Shown here piece after piece: positions 11,361 to 23,270 of a stretch of 64,000 nt of DNA. The notes beneath the pieces were generated by a model. The model was not told the origin of the DNA. It saw nothing but the letters and a program-made list of their open reading frames with translations, and ran no database searches. The stretch comes from Macrostomum lignano (lineage: Eukaryota): assembly GCA_002269645.1 (NCBI GenBank), contig NIVC01003797.1:12332-76331 (forward strand). The letters run 5' to 3'. The stretch's first letter is position 1, and the number at the start of each line of letters is the position of its first letter. The position numbers and the translations under genes were made by a program.

Positions 11361-14300
11361 TCAAATAATGCCAGTCTCCCTAATCCTGGTGGCCGTCTGC
11401 AGCCGCTCGAAGCTCATCCGGCTGAGATCAATAGTCTTGTACTGCCTGAACAGCACCAGCTCGCTGACCGCCCGCCCGATGGCGACCGCGTGCTGAATGC
11501 CGTGGCCAGAGGAACCATTGCAGAAGATCAGATTTTCGTGAAAGGGGTGCCGGCCGATCACCAGGTTCTGGTCGAAGGTGTTGTAGTCGTAGAAGCCTGC
11601 CCACGCGTTGCGCACCTTCACCACCTCCATGCAGGGCACGCGGTGGGCCAGCCGGGGCCAGACCTGCTTGTCGAACCAGTCGTAGTCGGGCTCGAGGTCC
11701 ACGCCGTTGCACTCGGGCTCGTCCTGCGGCCGGGTGGGGTGAGATTAGATGCGGAATAGATGCATCTGCAGGTTGCAAGTGAGATTAGATGCAGAATAGA
11801 TGTATCTGCAGGTTGCAAGTGAGATTAGATGCAGAATAGATGTAGCTGCTGGTAGCAGGTGAGATTAGATGCAGAATAGATGTAGCTGCTGGTTGCAGGT
11901 GAGATTAGATGCAGAATAGATGTAGCTGCAGGTGAGATTAGATTGAGAAGAGATGTAGCTGCAGGTTGCAGGTGAGACTAGATGCAGAATGCTCTGTTTA
12001 TTGAAGAGCCTTCGCAAAGTATTGCAGAATGCCTTCTTTGAGGATAGCTAAACAAATTGAAATTGTTATAATTGAGGAGCCAATTTCAATTTACTGCAAA
12101 AATTATTATAAAAAATTGGCCAATCGACAATTTAGCAAATTGCAGAATCAATCAATTTCTTATAAATGATTAAATTGCCAATTCGGCAAATCTATAATTT
12201 ATAATCCTATAATTGGCCAGGCGGCTCAATCAGAAACAAGGATGATTATTGAACTAAATAGAACAGACAAGACAACTCGCTTATTCTTAGTAATTGCTAC
12301 TAATGATCTAGCCAGCATGTTGGCTTAGCCTTAGATAACTGAGGGTTTGCCTTTAAACTGCCGCATAGTCGGCAGAGCAGGCCTTGACCGAATACTTCTG
12401 AGTTCTAACAGAGCCTTTCCTGCCGAAAATAGCCAAATTAACGCTGACAACAGTCCTTGAAGATTTTGGTCTGTTAGCTGACTTTTATAAGTGAAACTGC
12501 ATAGCTGATGGCCACATGGTTATGTACACACTGTTGACAAAGTATCTAAAATTTGCTACAGGTGATTAGTCTAGCTCGTATGCTGTGTACAGTGCAGTGT
12601 ACAGCCAAGTCTTCCTATGGAAAAATGCTCATTCTCGGTAGAAAAGGCTTTGCATAGCAGAGTGTGAAAGTGGCAGCAATAGTCTATGGCCAGCCCTGCT
12701 GACCAAGCCGGCAGGAACGGCTTTGCATAGCAGAGTGTGAAAGTGGCAGCAATAGTCTATGGCCAGCCCTGTTGACCAAGCCGACAGGAACGGCTTTGCA
12801 TAGCAGAGTGTGAAAGTGGCAGCAATAGTCTATGGCCAGCCCTGCTGACCAAGCCGGCGAAAAACTAATTTTATTATTTCAGACATTAAAGAAACAAAGA
12901 TGGCAAAAAACTCTGCACACTACTGAGAATGCTCTTGTTAGTAGGATAAAAAGAGAAAAAGCACCGAGATGAAATTTCTATGCAGAAATCAGGCAGTTTG
13001 AAAGTACCGGAACCGCCGATTCTGATAGCTGATCGACAGGTAGAGGCGGTGGCGGATTAACGTAGGTGACAAAATCGCCCTGGAAACCGTCGCGTCTCAA
13101 GTGCAGACCACTGGCAACGTCCTGAATAAACGGAGCGTCGATGCCGGGGGTGGCGGCGGCAGCCTTCTTGGCGGCGTGCGGCGGCAGGCTGACAACAAAG
13201 ACTGACTGCCGCCTAAAAGCAGTAGTATGGAGCGCGAGTTTTGCGGGGGATTTTACTAAGCAAATCTACTAGAAATCTTGAAGGCGAGATTAAGGTTTCG
13301 GCAGATCACCCTGCCAGTCCAGATGGCTAATTTTAGAACTCCTTGCGCCAGTCAGGGACCCCTGAAATCTGAGACTGGATTGGAAACCAGCGAGCCTAAG
13401 AAAACGCCGCAAATTCACGTTAATTCTAGAAATTCTAGAAATAAATAATCAATTTTGATTACTTTAAAAAACCTTCCAATCCAAAGGATTTAGCAGTCCA
13501 TGCGCATACCTACAATACCCCAGCCTATATTTGTAACTAAAGCAAAGTTTATAAGGCTTGCCTGCCGTTCGACGAAGCTTTCTAATGGGGAACGGCTGGT
13601 TTGCGGGATGGCAAAACTGGGAGACTGGAAAGAAAATAACGGGACGAGGGGCAGACATAGGGAATCGGTTAAAGGGGCTTTAGTAGAGCGGGGGGTATTT
13701 TGGCGGGAACACGAGAGACAGAGGGAAAGCGCGGGGAATGAGCGAGGAGTCGCGTGGCCTACCGGCCTCTCTAGGGGGGGGGGGCAGCAGTAAACTCTGG
13801 CGGCGCGAAAGATGAATATTTTCGGGGCCGCATGCTTGGAAGGCAGACGAGCCCTGACTGCAGGGAAGCCAAAAATAGGCCTAGAGACGGGATCCGGGAT
13901 TCTGGTGGACCTGCGCTTAGCCTATAAGCAATACAGCATGGCATACAAAAGTGCGCAGTGCTCGCGTATTAACTCCAGTCTGAACTGGGACAAAAAGCAG
14001 TTCTGAGCGCTCTTCAATTATAAGCTAAGAACTCAACAGAATAGATAAGCTACTTAGCTTAAGGACTGATAGCTTGTACAAGTATTTTACAGGTTCGAAG
14101 CTGGAATTTGATAAGGCCAACCTTAGCTGGTCAGAGGACAAACATATTTGAATGTCACTCTTAATTCTGGCTCTTTTTTACCGATTGGATTGTTCTCATA
14201 TGACATCTCATACCTGATTGAACAATCCTCATCTGAGATCTCATATCTAATTGAACAATTCTCATCTGAGATCTCATACCCGAATTAATAATTCTAATCT

Positions 14301-17300
14301 GACATCTCATACCTGATTGAACAATTCTAATCTGAGATATCATACCTAATTGAACAATTCTCATCTGAGATCCCATATCTAATTGAACAATTCTCATCTG
14401 AGATCTCATACCTGATTGAACAATTCTCATCTGAGATCTCATACCTGATTGAACAATTCTCATCTGAGATCTCATACCTGACTGAACAATTCTCATCTGA
14501 GATCTCATACCTGATTGAACAATTCTCATCTGAGATCTCATACCTGATTGAACAATTCTCATCTGAGATCTCATAAGCAATTAAGTAAATTCTGGGATCT
14601 AATAACCGATTGAATAAAATCTCATCTGAGATCTCATACCTAAACGAACAGTTCTCACTGAATTATTATACCTGTCCCAATCCAGCAAATGGTCGGGAAA
14701 GAATGCAACAGAGTCGGCAGGGCGTGGCCAGTGTACCAGCTGCATAAAGCACACACGATGGAGGGGAAGAACAGCTGGGGGGAGGGGGGAAAGACAAATC
14801 GCAAGCAAAAGGGAAATCAGCGGCGACATTCCGGTGCGATCCTCCAGGTGAAGAAAGTGCACCGAAGCCACGCAGAATCTGCCTGCTTCTGTGCAAAATT
14901 AACAGGCAGAAAAAGCAAAGGTTTGGTTGGCCAGAGTTTATAAAGTTTCTATAGCGAGTCCTCAATACAAAGTCAACAAAATCAGCTGGTTGCAATTGCG
15001 AATTGGTGATTGAACAATTTGAAGCTCGATTTCTCATAGCGCTAATCAGGTGCACACGGCAGGCCAAGCAGCGGCAAGCCTTACTCTGAGACCTGGCTCC
15101 ATTCCAGCCTAAGACTCAGTCTCATTTTAGCCTGAGATTCAGTCTGATTCCAGCCTGAGATTCAGTCTGATTCCAGCCTGAGATTCAGTCTGATTCCAGC
15201 CTGAGATTCAGTCTGATTCCAGCCTGAGATTCAGTCTGATTCCAGCCTGAGATTCAGTCTGATTCCAGCCTGAGATTCAGTCTGATTCCAGCCTGAGATT
15301 CAGTCTGATTCCAGCCTGAGATTCAGTCTGATTCCAGCCTGAGATTCAGTCTGATTCCAGCCTGAGATTCAGTCTGATTCCAGCCTGAGATTCAGTCTGA
15401 TTCCAGCCTGAGATTCAGTCTGATTTCAGCCTGAGATTCAGTCTGATTCCAGCCTGAGATTCAGTCTGATTCCAGCCTGAGATTCAGTCTGATTCCAGCC
15501 TGAGATTCAGTCTGATTCCAGCCTGAGATTCAGTCTGATTCCAGCCTGAGATTCAGTCTGATTCCAGCCTGAGATTCAGTCTGATTCCAGCCTGAGATTC
15601 AGTCTGATTCCAGCCTGAGATTCAGTCTCATTCCAGCCTGAGATTCAGTCTGATTCCAGCCTGAGATTCAGTCTGATTCCAGCCTGAGATTCAGTCTGAT
15701 TTCAGCCTGAGATTCAGTCTGATTCCAGCCTGAGATTCAGTCTGATTCCAGCCTGAGATTCAGTCTGATTCCAGCCTGAGATTCAGTCTGATTCCAGCCT
15801 GAGATTCAGTCTGATTCCAGCCTGAGATTCAGTCTGATTCCAGCCTGAGATTCAGTCTGATTCCAGCCTGAGATTCAGTCTGATTCCAGCCTGAGATTCA
15901 GTCTCATTCCAGCCTGAGATTCAGTCTGATTCCAGCCTGAGATTCAGTCTGATTCCAGCCTGAGATTCAGTCTCATTCCAGCCTGAGATTCAGTCTGATT
16001 CCAGCCTGAGATTCAGTCTGATTCCAGCCTGAGATTCAGTCTGATTCCAGCCTGAGATTCAGTCTGATTCCAGCCTGAGATTCAGTCTGATTCCAGCCTG
16101 AGATTCAGTCTGATTCCAGCCTGAGATTCAGTCTGATTCCAGCCTGAGATTCAGTCTGATTCCAGCCTGAGATTCAGTCTGATTCCAGCCTGAGATTCAG
16201 TCTGATTCCAGCCTGAGATTCAGTCTGATTCCAGCCTGAGATTCAGTCTCATTCCAGCCTGAGATTCAGTCTCATTCCAGCCTGAGATTCAGTCTGATTC
16301 CAGCCTGAGATTCAGTCTGATTCCAGCCTGAGATTCAGTCTGATTCCAGCCTGAGATTCAGTCTGATTCCAGCCTGAGATTCAGTCTGATTCCAGCCTGA
16401 GATTCAGTCTGATTCCAGCCTGAGATTCAGTCTGATTCCAGCCTGAGATTCAGTCTGATTCCAGCCTGAGATTCAGTCTGATTCCAGCCTGAGATTCAGT
16501 CTGATTCCAGCCTGAGATTCAGTCTGATTCCAGCCTGAGATTCAGTCTCATTCCAGCCTGAGATTCAGTCTCATTCCAGCCTGAGATTCAGTCTGATTCC
16601 AGCCTGAGATTCAGTCTGATTCCAGCCTGAGATTCAGTCTGATTCCAGCCTGAGATTCAGTCTGATTCCAGCCTGAGATTCAGTCTGATTCCAGCCTGAG
16701 ATTCAGTCTGATTCCAGCCTGAGATTCAGTCTGATTCCAGCCTGAGATTCAGTCTGATTCCAGCCTGAGATTCAGTCTGATTCCAGCCTGAGATTCAGTC
16801 TGATTCCAGCCTGAGATTCAGTCTCATTCCAGCCTGAGATTCAGTCTGATTCCAGCCTGAGATTCAGTCTGATTCCAGCCTGAGATTCAGTCTGATTCCA
16901 GCCTGAGATTCAGTCTGATTCCAGCCTGAGATTCAGTCTGATTCCAGCCTGAGATTCAGTCTGATTCCAGCCTGAGATTCAGTCTGATTCCAGCCTGAGA
17001 TTCAGTCTGATTCCAGCCTGAGATTCAGTCTGATTCCAGCCTGAGATTCAGTCTGATTCCAGCCTGAGATTCAGTCTGATTCCAGCCTGAGATTCAGTCT
17101 GATTCCAGCCTGAGATTCAGTCTGATTCCAGCCTGAGATTCAGTCTCATTCCAGCCTGAGATTCAGTCTGATTCCAGCCTGAGATTCAGTCTGATTCCAG
17201 CCTGAGATTCAGTCTGATTCCAGCCTGAGATTCAGTCTGATTCCAGCCTGAGATTCAGTCTGATTCCAGCCTGAGATTCAGTCTGATTCCAGCCTGAGAT

Positions 17301-20300
17301 TCAGTCTGATTCCAGCCTGAGATTCAGTCTCATTCCAGCCTGAGATTCAGTCTGATTCCAGCCTGAGATTCAGTCTGATTCCAGCCTGAGATTCAGTCTG
17401 ATTCCAGCCTGAGATTCAGTCTGATTCCAGCCTGAGATTCAGTCTGATTCCAGCCTGAGATTCAGTCTGATTCCAGCCTGAGATTCAGTCTCATTCCAGC
17501 CTGAGATTCAGTCTGATTCCAGCCTGAGATTCAGTCTGATTCCAGCCTGAGATTCAGTCTCATTCCAGCCTGAGATTCAGTCTGATTCCAGCCTGAGATT
17601 CAGTCTGATTCCAGCCTGAGATTCAGTCTGATTCCAGCCTGAGATTCAGTCTGATTCCAGCCTGAGATTCAGTCTGATTCCAGCCTGAGATTCAGTCTGA
17701 TTCCAGCCTGAGATTCAGTCTGATTCCAGCCTGAGATTCAGTCTGATTCCAGCCTGAGATTCAGTCTGATTCCAGCCTGAGATTCAGTCTGATTCCAGCC
17801 TGAGATTCAGTCTGATTCCAGCCTGAGATTCAGTCTCATTCCAGCCTGAGATTCAGTCTGATTCCAGCCTGAGATTCAGTCTGATTCCAGCCTGAGATTC
17901 AGTCTCATTCCAGCCTGAGATTCAGTCTGATTCCAGCCTGAGATTCAGTCTGATTCCAGCCTGAGATTCAGTCTGATTCCAGCCTGAGATTCAGTCTGAT
18001 TCCAGCCTGAGATTCAGTCTGATTCCAGCCTGAGATTCAGTCTGATTCCAGCCTGAGATTCAGTCTGATTCCAGCCTGAGATTCAGTCTGATTCCAGCCT
18101 GAGATTCAGTCTGATTCCAGCCTGAGATTCAGTCTCATTCCAGCCTGAGATTCAGTCTCATTCCAGCCTGAGATTCAGTCTGATTCCAGCCTGAGATTCA
18201 GTCTGATTCCAGCCTGAGATTCAGTCTGATTCCAGCCTGAGATTCAGTCTGATTCCAGCCTGAGATTCAGTCTGATTCCAGCCTGAGATTCAGTCTCATT
18301 CCAGCCTGAGATTCAGTCTGATTCCAGCCTGAGATTCAGTCTGATTCCAGCCTGAGATTCAGTCTGATTCCAGCCTGAGATTCAGTCTGATTCCAGCCTG
18401 AGATTCAGTCTGATTCCAGCCTGAGATTCAGTCTGATTCCAGCCTGAGATTCAGTCTGATTCCAGCCTGAGATTCAGTCTGATTCCAGCCTGAGATTCAG
18501 TCTGATTCCAGCCTGAGATTCAGTCTGATTCCAGCCTGAGATTCAGTCTCATTCCAGCCTGAGATTCAGTCTGATTCCAGCCTGAGATTCAGTCTCATTC
18601 CAGCCTGAGATTCAGTCTGATTCCAGCCTGAGATTCAGTCTGATTCCAGCCTGAGATTCAGTCTGATTCCAGCCTGAGATTCAGTCTGATTCCAGCCTGA
18701 GATTCAGTCTGATTCCAGCCTGAGATTCAGTCTGATTCCAGCCTGAGATTCAGTCTGATTCCAGCCTGAGATTCAGTCTGATTCCAGCCTGAGATTCAGT
18801 CTGATTCCAGCCTGAGATTCAGTCTGATTCCAGCCTGAGATTCAGTCTCATTCCAGCCTGAGATTCAGTCTGATTCCAGCCTGAGATTCAGTCTGATTCC
18901 AGCCTGAGATTCAGTCTGATTCCAGCCTGAGATTCAGTCTGATTCCAGCCTGAGATTCAGTCTGATTCCAGCCTGAGATTCAGTCTGATTCCAGCCTGAG
19001 ATTCAGTCTGATTCCAGCCTGAGATTCAGTCTCATTCCAGCCTGAGATTCAGTCTCATTCCAGACAAATTTTAGAGTTCGGCTGGCAAGGGAATACCTCG
19101 TCACTCAGGGGTGACAGGCCGGCAATGTAGTGGCCTCCGGGACCCTCGGCTCGCAGGTAGGCTCCAGAGGGACAATTGAGCAGAGGCGTGGGGAATAGAT
19201 CCTCTTTGCAGTGCAGGTGGTAAACGTAACGAAGGCTGGTTGCATGGGATTAAGGGAGAAAAACAATTATTTCAAAACAACACAGGTGGTCCTTCAGTGA
19301 ACTCTGCTACCCTCAGGGCCTTCAGTGAACTGCTGCTACCCTCAGGTCCTTCAGTGAACTGCTGCTACCCTCAGGTCCTTCAGTGAACTCTGCTACCCTC
19401 AGGTCCTTCAGTGAACTCTGCTACCCTCAGGTCCTTCAGTGAACTCTGCTACCCTCAGGTCCTTCAGTGAACTCTGCTACCCTCAGGTCCTTCAGTGAAC
19501 TCTGCTACCCTCAGGGCCTTCAGTGAACTGCTGCTACCTTCAGGTCCTTCAGTGAACTCTGCTACCTTCAGGTCCTTCAGTGAACTGCTGCTACCCTCAG
19601 GTCCTTCAGTGAACTCTGCTACCTTCAGGTCCTTCAGTGAACTGCTGCTACCCTCAGGTCCTTCAGTGAACTGCTGCTACCCTCAGGGCCTTCAGTGAAC
19701 TGCTGCTACCCTCAGGGCCTTCAGTGAACTGCTGCTACCCTCAGGGCCTTCAGTGAACTGCTGCTACCCTCAGGGCCTTCAGTGAACTGCTGCTACCCTC
19801 AGGTCCTTCAGTGAACTGCTGCTACCCTCAGGTCCTTCAGTTGGCTGGTCCGCTGCCACCCTGACTTAAAAAATAAGCAGAACTCACCGAGGCTCCACCG
19901 GCAGTTTAACTTTGCCAGCAAAATCACCAACGCCGGCCAGGTGCGCCACGTGACCCGCCCAGGGTCCGGCCGCGTTCACAACCACGCCGAAGTTGATGTT
20001 GCGGACCAGGTTGTCCGGGCACTTCACCTGGGATTGGGATGCGAGCGTATTGAGGGTCTCATTAGCTGTATGTGTTGTTTGTCTGCCCGCCTGCCTGCCT
20101 TAACGTCAGTCTACGAGTCTTCAAGTGCCTGTCTTAATGCATGTCTTAGCGCCTGTCCTAGTGCCTGTCTTAGCGCCTGTCTTAATGCATGTCTTAGCGC
20201 CTGTCCTAGTGCCTGTCTAAGCGCCTGTCTTAATGCATGTCTTAGCGCCTGTCCTAGTGCCTGTCTTAGCGCCTGTCTTAATGCATGTCTTAGCGCCTGT

Positions 20301-22856
20301 CCTAGTGCCTGTCTTAGCGCCTGTCTTAATGCATGCCTTAGTGTCTGTCCTAGTGCCTGTCTTAGCGCCTGTCTTAATGCATGCCTTAGTGTCTGTCCTA
20401 GTGCCTGTCTTAGCGCCTGTCTTAATGCATGTCCTAGCGTCTGTCTTAATACCTGCCCCAGTGCCCTAGTATATCATAAATGAATTACTGCCTGTCATAA
20501 CACCTGGCTTAGTGGTTGTCTTATCTGAATGACATTACACAAACGGTGCCTCTGTACCTACCAGAGCAGCCTTCAGCCGCTCCTGTTCAAACGATAGATC
20601 GCCCTTGACGTATCGTTGCATAGAGAATTCAAAGTCTAACAATTCGCCGACAACAAATTTGACGTTTTGTGAAACAGCCTTTCGCTTTAACGCTTGCAGA
20701 AACAGGTAGGGGTCGAACCAGCCTTCGTTTTCAGTGCCTGGCCAGATAAATTTGTAAATCGAAAATTAGGTTAAGCAATTATTAATAATAAATAGATACG
20801 AGTACCTATCACTGACAAAAAACTTTTTATGACGTCATTCAATTTTCCAATCACGCTATATAGCCCTAGCCAACCAGAGACAGACAGCTATTTAATGACG
20901 TCATCAAACCCTAGCCAATCAGAGACAGACAACTTTTTAATGACGTCATCTAACCCTGACCAATCAGAGACAGCTTTTTAATGACGTCATCAAATCGACG
21001 TCATCAAACCCTGACCAATCAGAGACCGACAGTTTTTAATGACATCATACTGCACTAACTAAATCAGTCAGTGACCGGAATCGCCCCAGCAACCATGAAT
21101 AAAGAAAAGCTACAAACCGAAGGCTCCCAGAGCGATATCGGACACATTCAGCCATGGCCAGGTCTCTTTCATCTTCTACGGCGACATGAGGTCCACTTTT
21201 GCGCCAAGCTTCCTGACAGGCGGTAAATGAATAAGGAAAAGTTAATGAGAATTCATTAATGGATACTATAGCTGTTTTAACTGACCTCTGAGCCTGATTG
21301 TTCGTACGCAGGGTCTCTGCGTTCGCCTCATCTGCCAGGACCAAGTAGCCATGAGGGGCGTAGCAAATGTCCGGCGGGTCCAGGTCTGAGGGACAGAGTG
21401 AGGGTGGGTTGGGTGGAACGGCCCGTTGAGCTTGAGCAATGGCACCAGAAGCACGTGTGATCAGGATGGGATCACAGAAGAAAATGAAATCACAGAATCC
21501 AATTATTAGAATCATAGAAGTTAATGAGATCACTGAAGCCAATGGGATCACAGATGCCAATGGGATCACTGAAGCCAATGGGATCACAGATGCCAATGGG
21601 ATCACCGAAGCCAATGGGATCACCGAAGCCAATGGGATCACTGAAGCCAATGGGATCACTGAAGCCAATGGGATCACAGATGCCAATGGGATCACTGAAG
21701 CCAATGGGATCACAGATGCCAATGGGATCACCGAAGCCAATGGGATCACCGAAGCCAATGGGATCACTGAAGCCAATGGGATCACTGAAGCCAATGGGAT
21801 CACAGATGCCAATGGGATCACCGAAGCCAATGGGATCACCGAAGCCAATGGGATCACTGAAGCCAATGGGATCACAGATGCCAATGGGATCACAGGAAAC
21901 CCAAGGGGATGAAAAAACTTGACGAAATCAGAAAATCTCGTGGGATCACAGGACGGAATGGGAAGTCATTAAGTCAAACAGCAGTCTCACCAAACACGGC
22001 TAAATTCTCCTTGATGTTGCGCAGAAACTGGGAGCCAAACAGTGACATTTGAATATTCTCCGGCTCGGAGAATTGCTGTCGGATGCCACCGCAGGAGAGC
22101 GGACTGGCCGCCCTGGTGTAGGCCGGGTCCCGCTCCACCACCACTACGTTGCAATTGACCTGCCTGCTAAGCCAGTAGGCGACACTGCAACCGATGGCGC
22201 CGCCGCCGATCACCAAGGCGTCGCATTCGTCCGGGAAATCTTCGTCCGGATCTGTTAGCGGAAGCATGCAGAAAGCGTTTAGGATTGAAAGACATTTGAG
22301 ACTAAGAGCATATAGAAAAGCATCGGGACTCTCAACAGGTGTGGCATCATGAGTCTCAACAGGTGTGGCATCATGAGTCTTAACAGGTGTGGCATCAGGA
22401 CTCTTAACAGGTGTGGAATCAGGAGTCTTAACAGGTGTGGCATCAGGACTCTTAACAGGTGTGGCATCAGGACTCTTAACAGGTGTGGCATCAGGACTCT
22501 TAACAGGTGTGGCATCAGGACTCTTAACAGGTGTGGCATCAGGACTCTTAAAGGGTTGTTCGTTGGGACTCTGAACAGGTGTAAAATTTTAAACATTATA
22601 TCCTATTAAATTTGTGGCATCAATGTGGTGAAGAAGAAAAAGAGTAAAAAAAGAAGAAGAGTAGAAAAACAAATGCAATCTCACCAACAGTATAAGTAGG
22701 CCTGTCCTTATTTTCGATTCCTTTCCACGATGGTTGGCTAACCCGCTCCAGGCCCTGGGTTCGCTTGGGATCGCCGACAAACCTGGCGCCAGTGGGCGTG
22801 CAGAGCCGGCGCAGATGGCCGCCCAGCTGCCACAATGCGCGCCCGCTTCGCTGCAT
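11361..22856 (-). CDS. FOXRED1: FAD-dependent oxidoreductase domain-containing protein 1 homolog (complex I assembly factor). Exons (minus): 22856-22685, 22251-21991, 21385-21286, 21212-21118, 20737-20562, 20027-19888, 19235-19097, 11723-11361. Total 1446 nt (481 codons plus stop), with an in-frame TAG at 21178-21176 (codon 190)
   Basis: Hand-spliced: all 7 introns are GT-AG and phases are consistent (1,1,2,1,0,2,0). Motifs: Arg-rich transit-like N-terminus, DALVIGGGAIG (FAD binding), TRAASPLSCGGIRQQFSEPENIQMSLFG, ENEGWFDPYLFL, VVNAAGPWAG, LPVEPR, WAGFYDYNTFDQNLVIG, NGSSGHGIQHA. Length is close to that of vertebrate FOXRED1. Confidence 0.93.
11730..11995. repeat. ~40-bp minisatellite next to the last splice acceptor of FOXRED1
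   Basis: Unit GTGAGATTAGATGCAGAATAGATGTAGCTGCTGGTTGCAG, ~6 copies. Confidence 0.9.
12646..12858. repeat. 73-bp tandem repeat, ~3 copies; a further dispersed copy at ~48015-48080
   Basis: Unit starts at 12646, 12719 and 12792 (GGCTTTGCATAGCAG...CTATGGCCAGCCCTGCTGAC). Confidence 0.9.
14165..14660. repeat. 33-bp minisatellite (CTCATCTGAGATCTCATACCTGATTGAACAATT)
   Basis: Directly visible; gives the 11-aa MRSQMRIVQSG periodicity. Confidence 0.95.
15095..19063. repeat. 23-bp satellite (CCAGCCTGAGATTCAGTCTGATT), ~170 near-perfect copies, in FOXRED1 intron 7
   Basis: Directly visible; the recurring variants I see are TCTCATT and TTTCAGCC. Confidence 0.99.
19289..19842. repeat. 28/29-bp minisatellite (CCTTCAGTGAACTGCTGCTACCCTCAGGT) in FOXRED1 intron 6
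   Basis: Directly visible. Confidence 0.95.
20127..20470. repeat. 12-bp monomers arranged as a 48-bp higher-order repeat in FOXRED1 intron 5
   Basis: GCCTGTCTTAAT-GCATGTCTTAGC-GCCTGTCCTAGT-GCCTGTCTTAGC cycle. Confidence 0.9.
20829..21048. promoter_or_regulatory. Tandem array of CRE palindromes (ATGACGTCAT) followed by CCAAT boxes in FOXRED1 intron 4
   Basis: ATGACGTCAT at 20829, 20895, 20940, 20981, plus partial sites at 20997 and 21039. CCAAT at 20847, 20915, 20960, 21015. Function is inferred. Confidence 0.55.
21530..21895. repeat. 18-bp minisatellite (GCCAATGGGATCACTGAA) in FOXRED1 intron 2
   Basis: Directly visible; explains the ITEANG / VIPLAS ORFs. Confidence 0.95.
22326..22582. repeat. 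24-bp minisatellite (AGGTGTGGCATCAGGACTCTTAAC) in FOXRED1 intron 1
   Basis: Directly visible. Confidence 0.95.
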
Positions 22857-22919
22857 AAAGCCGAAAGCACAACTTTAATTAAGTTTGTGATATTCGATTT
22901 GATGGAATCTGATTGGCGG

Positions 22920-23270
22920 AGTAGGGAGGGGCAGATAAGCCACTGAAGCTGGCTGGAGGAGTGGGGAGGGGCAGATAAGGGTAGAAATCAATTGAGGCTG
23001 GCTGGAGGAGTGGGGAGGGGCAGATAAGGGTAGGAATGAATCGAGGCTGGCCGGAGGAGTGGGGAGGGGCAGATAAGGGTAGAAATCAATTGAGGCTGGC
23101 TGGAGGAGTGGGGAGGGGCAGATAAGGGTAGGAATGAATCGAGGCTGGCCGGAGGAGTGGGGAGGGGCAGATAAGGGTAGAAATCAATTGAGGCTGGCTG
23201 GGGCGTGAGGAGGGGCAAATAAGCTTAGGAATGAACTGAGGCTGGCAGGAAGAGTGGGGAGGGGTAGATA
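22920..23270. repeat. 49-bp G-rich minisatellite immediately upstream of FOXRED1
   Basis: Unit starts at 22996, 23045, 23094 and 23143; core GGAGGAGTGGGGAGGGGCAGATAAGGGTAG. Confidence 0.9.

Noticed and set aside
12960-14010. Possible retroelement relic with a degenerate CCCH-like motif (LCFSYKYRLGYCRYAHG)
   Set aside because: One Cys is missing, there are many stops and no supporting domains.
21176-21178. Selenocysteine or pyrrolysine recoding in FOXRED1
   Set aside because: The codon is UAG, not UGA; the 3' hairpins do not resemble SECIS; and pyrrolysine is not known in animals.
21045-21922. 282-aa VIPLAS and ITEANG repeat ORFs
   Set aside because: Intronic 18-bp repeat; only 21385-21286 and 21212-21118 are real FOXRED1 exon sequence.
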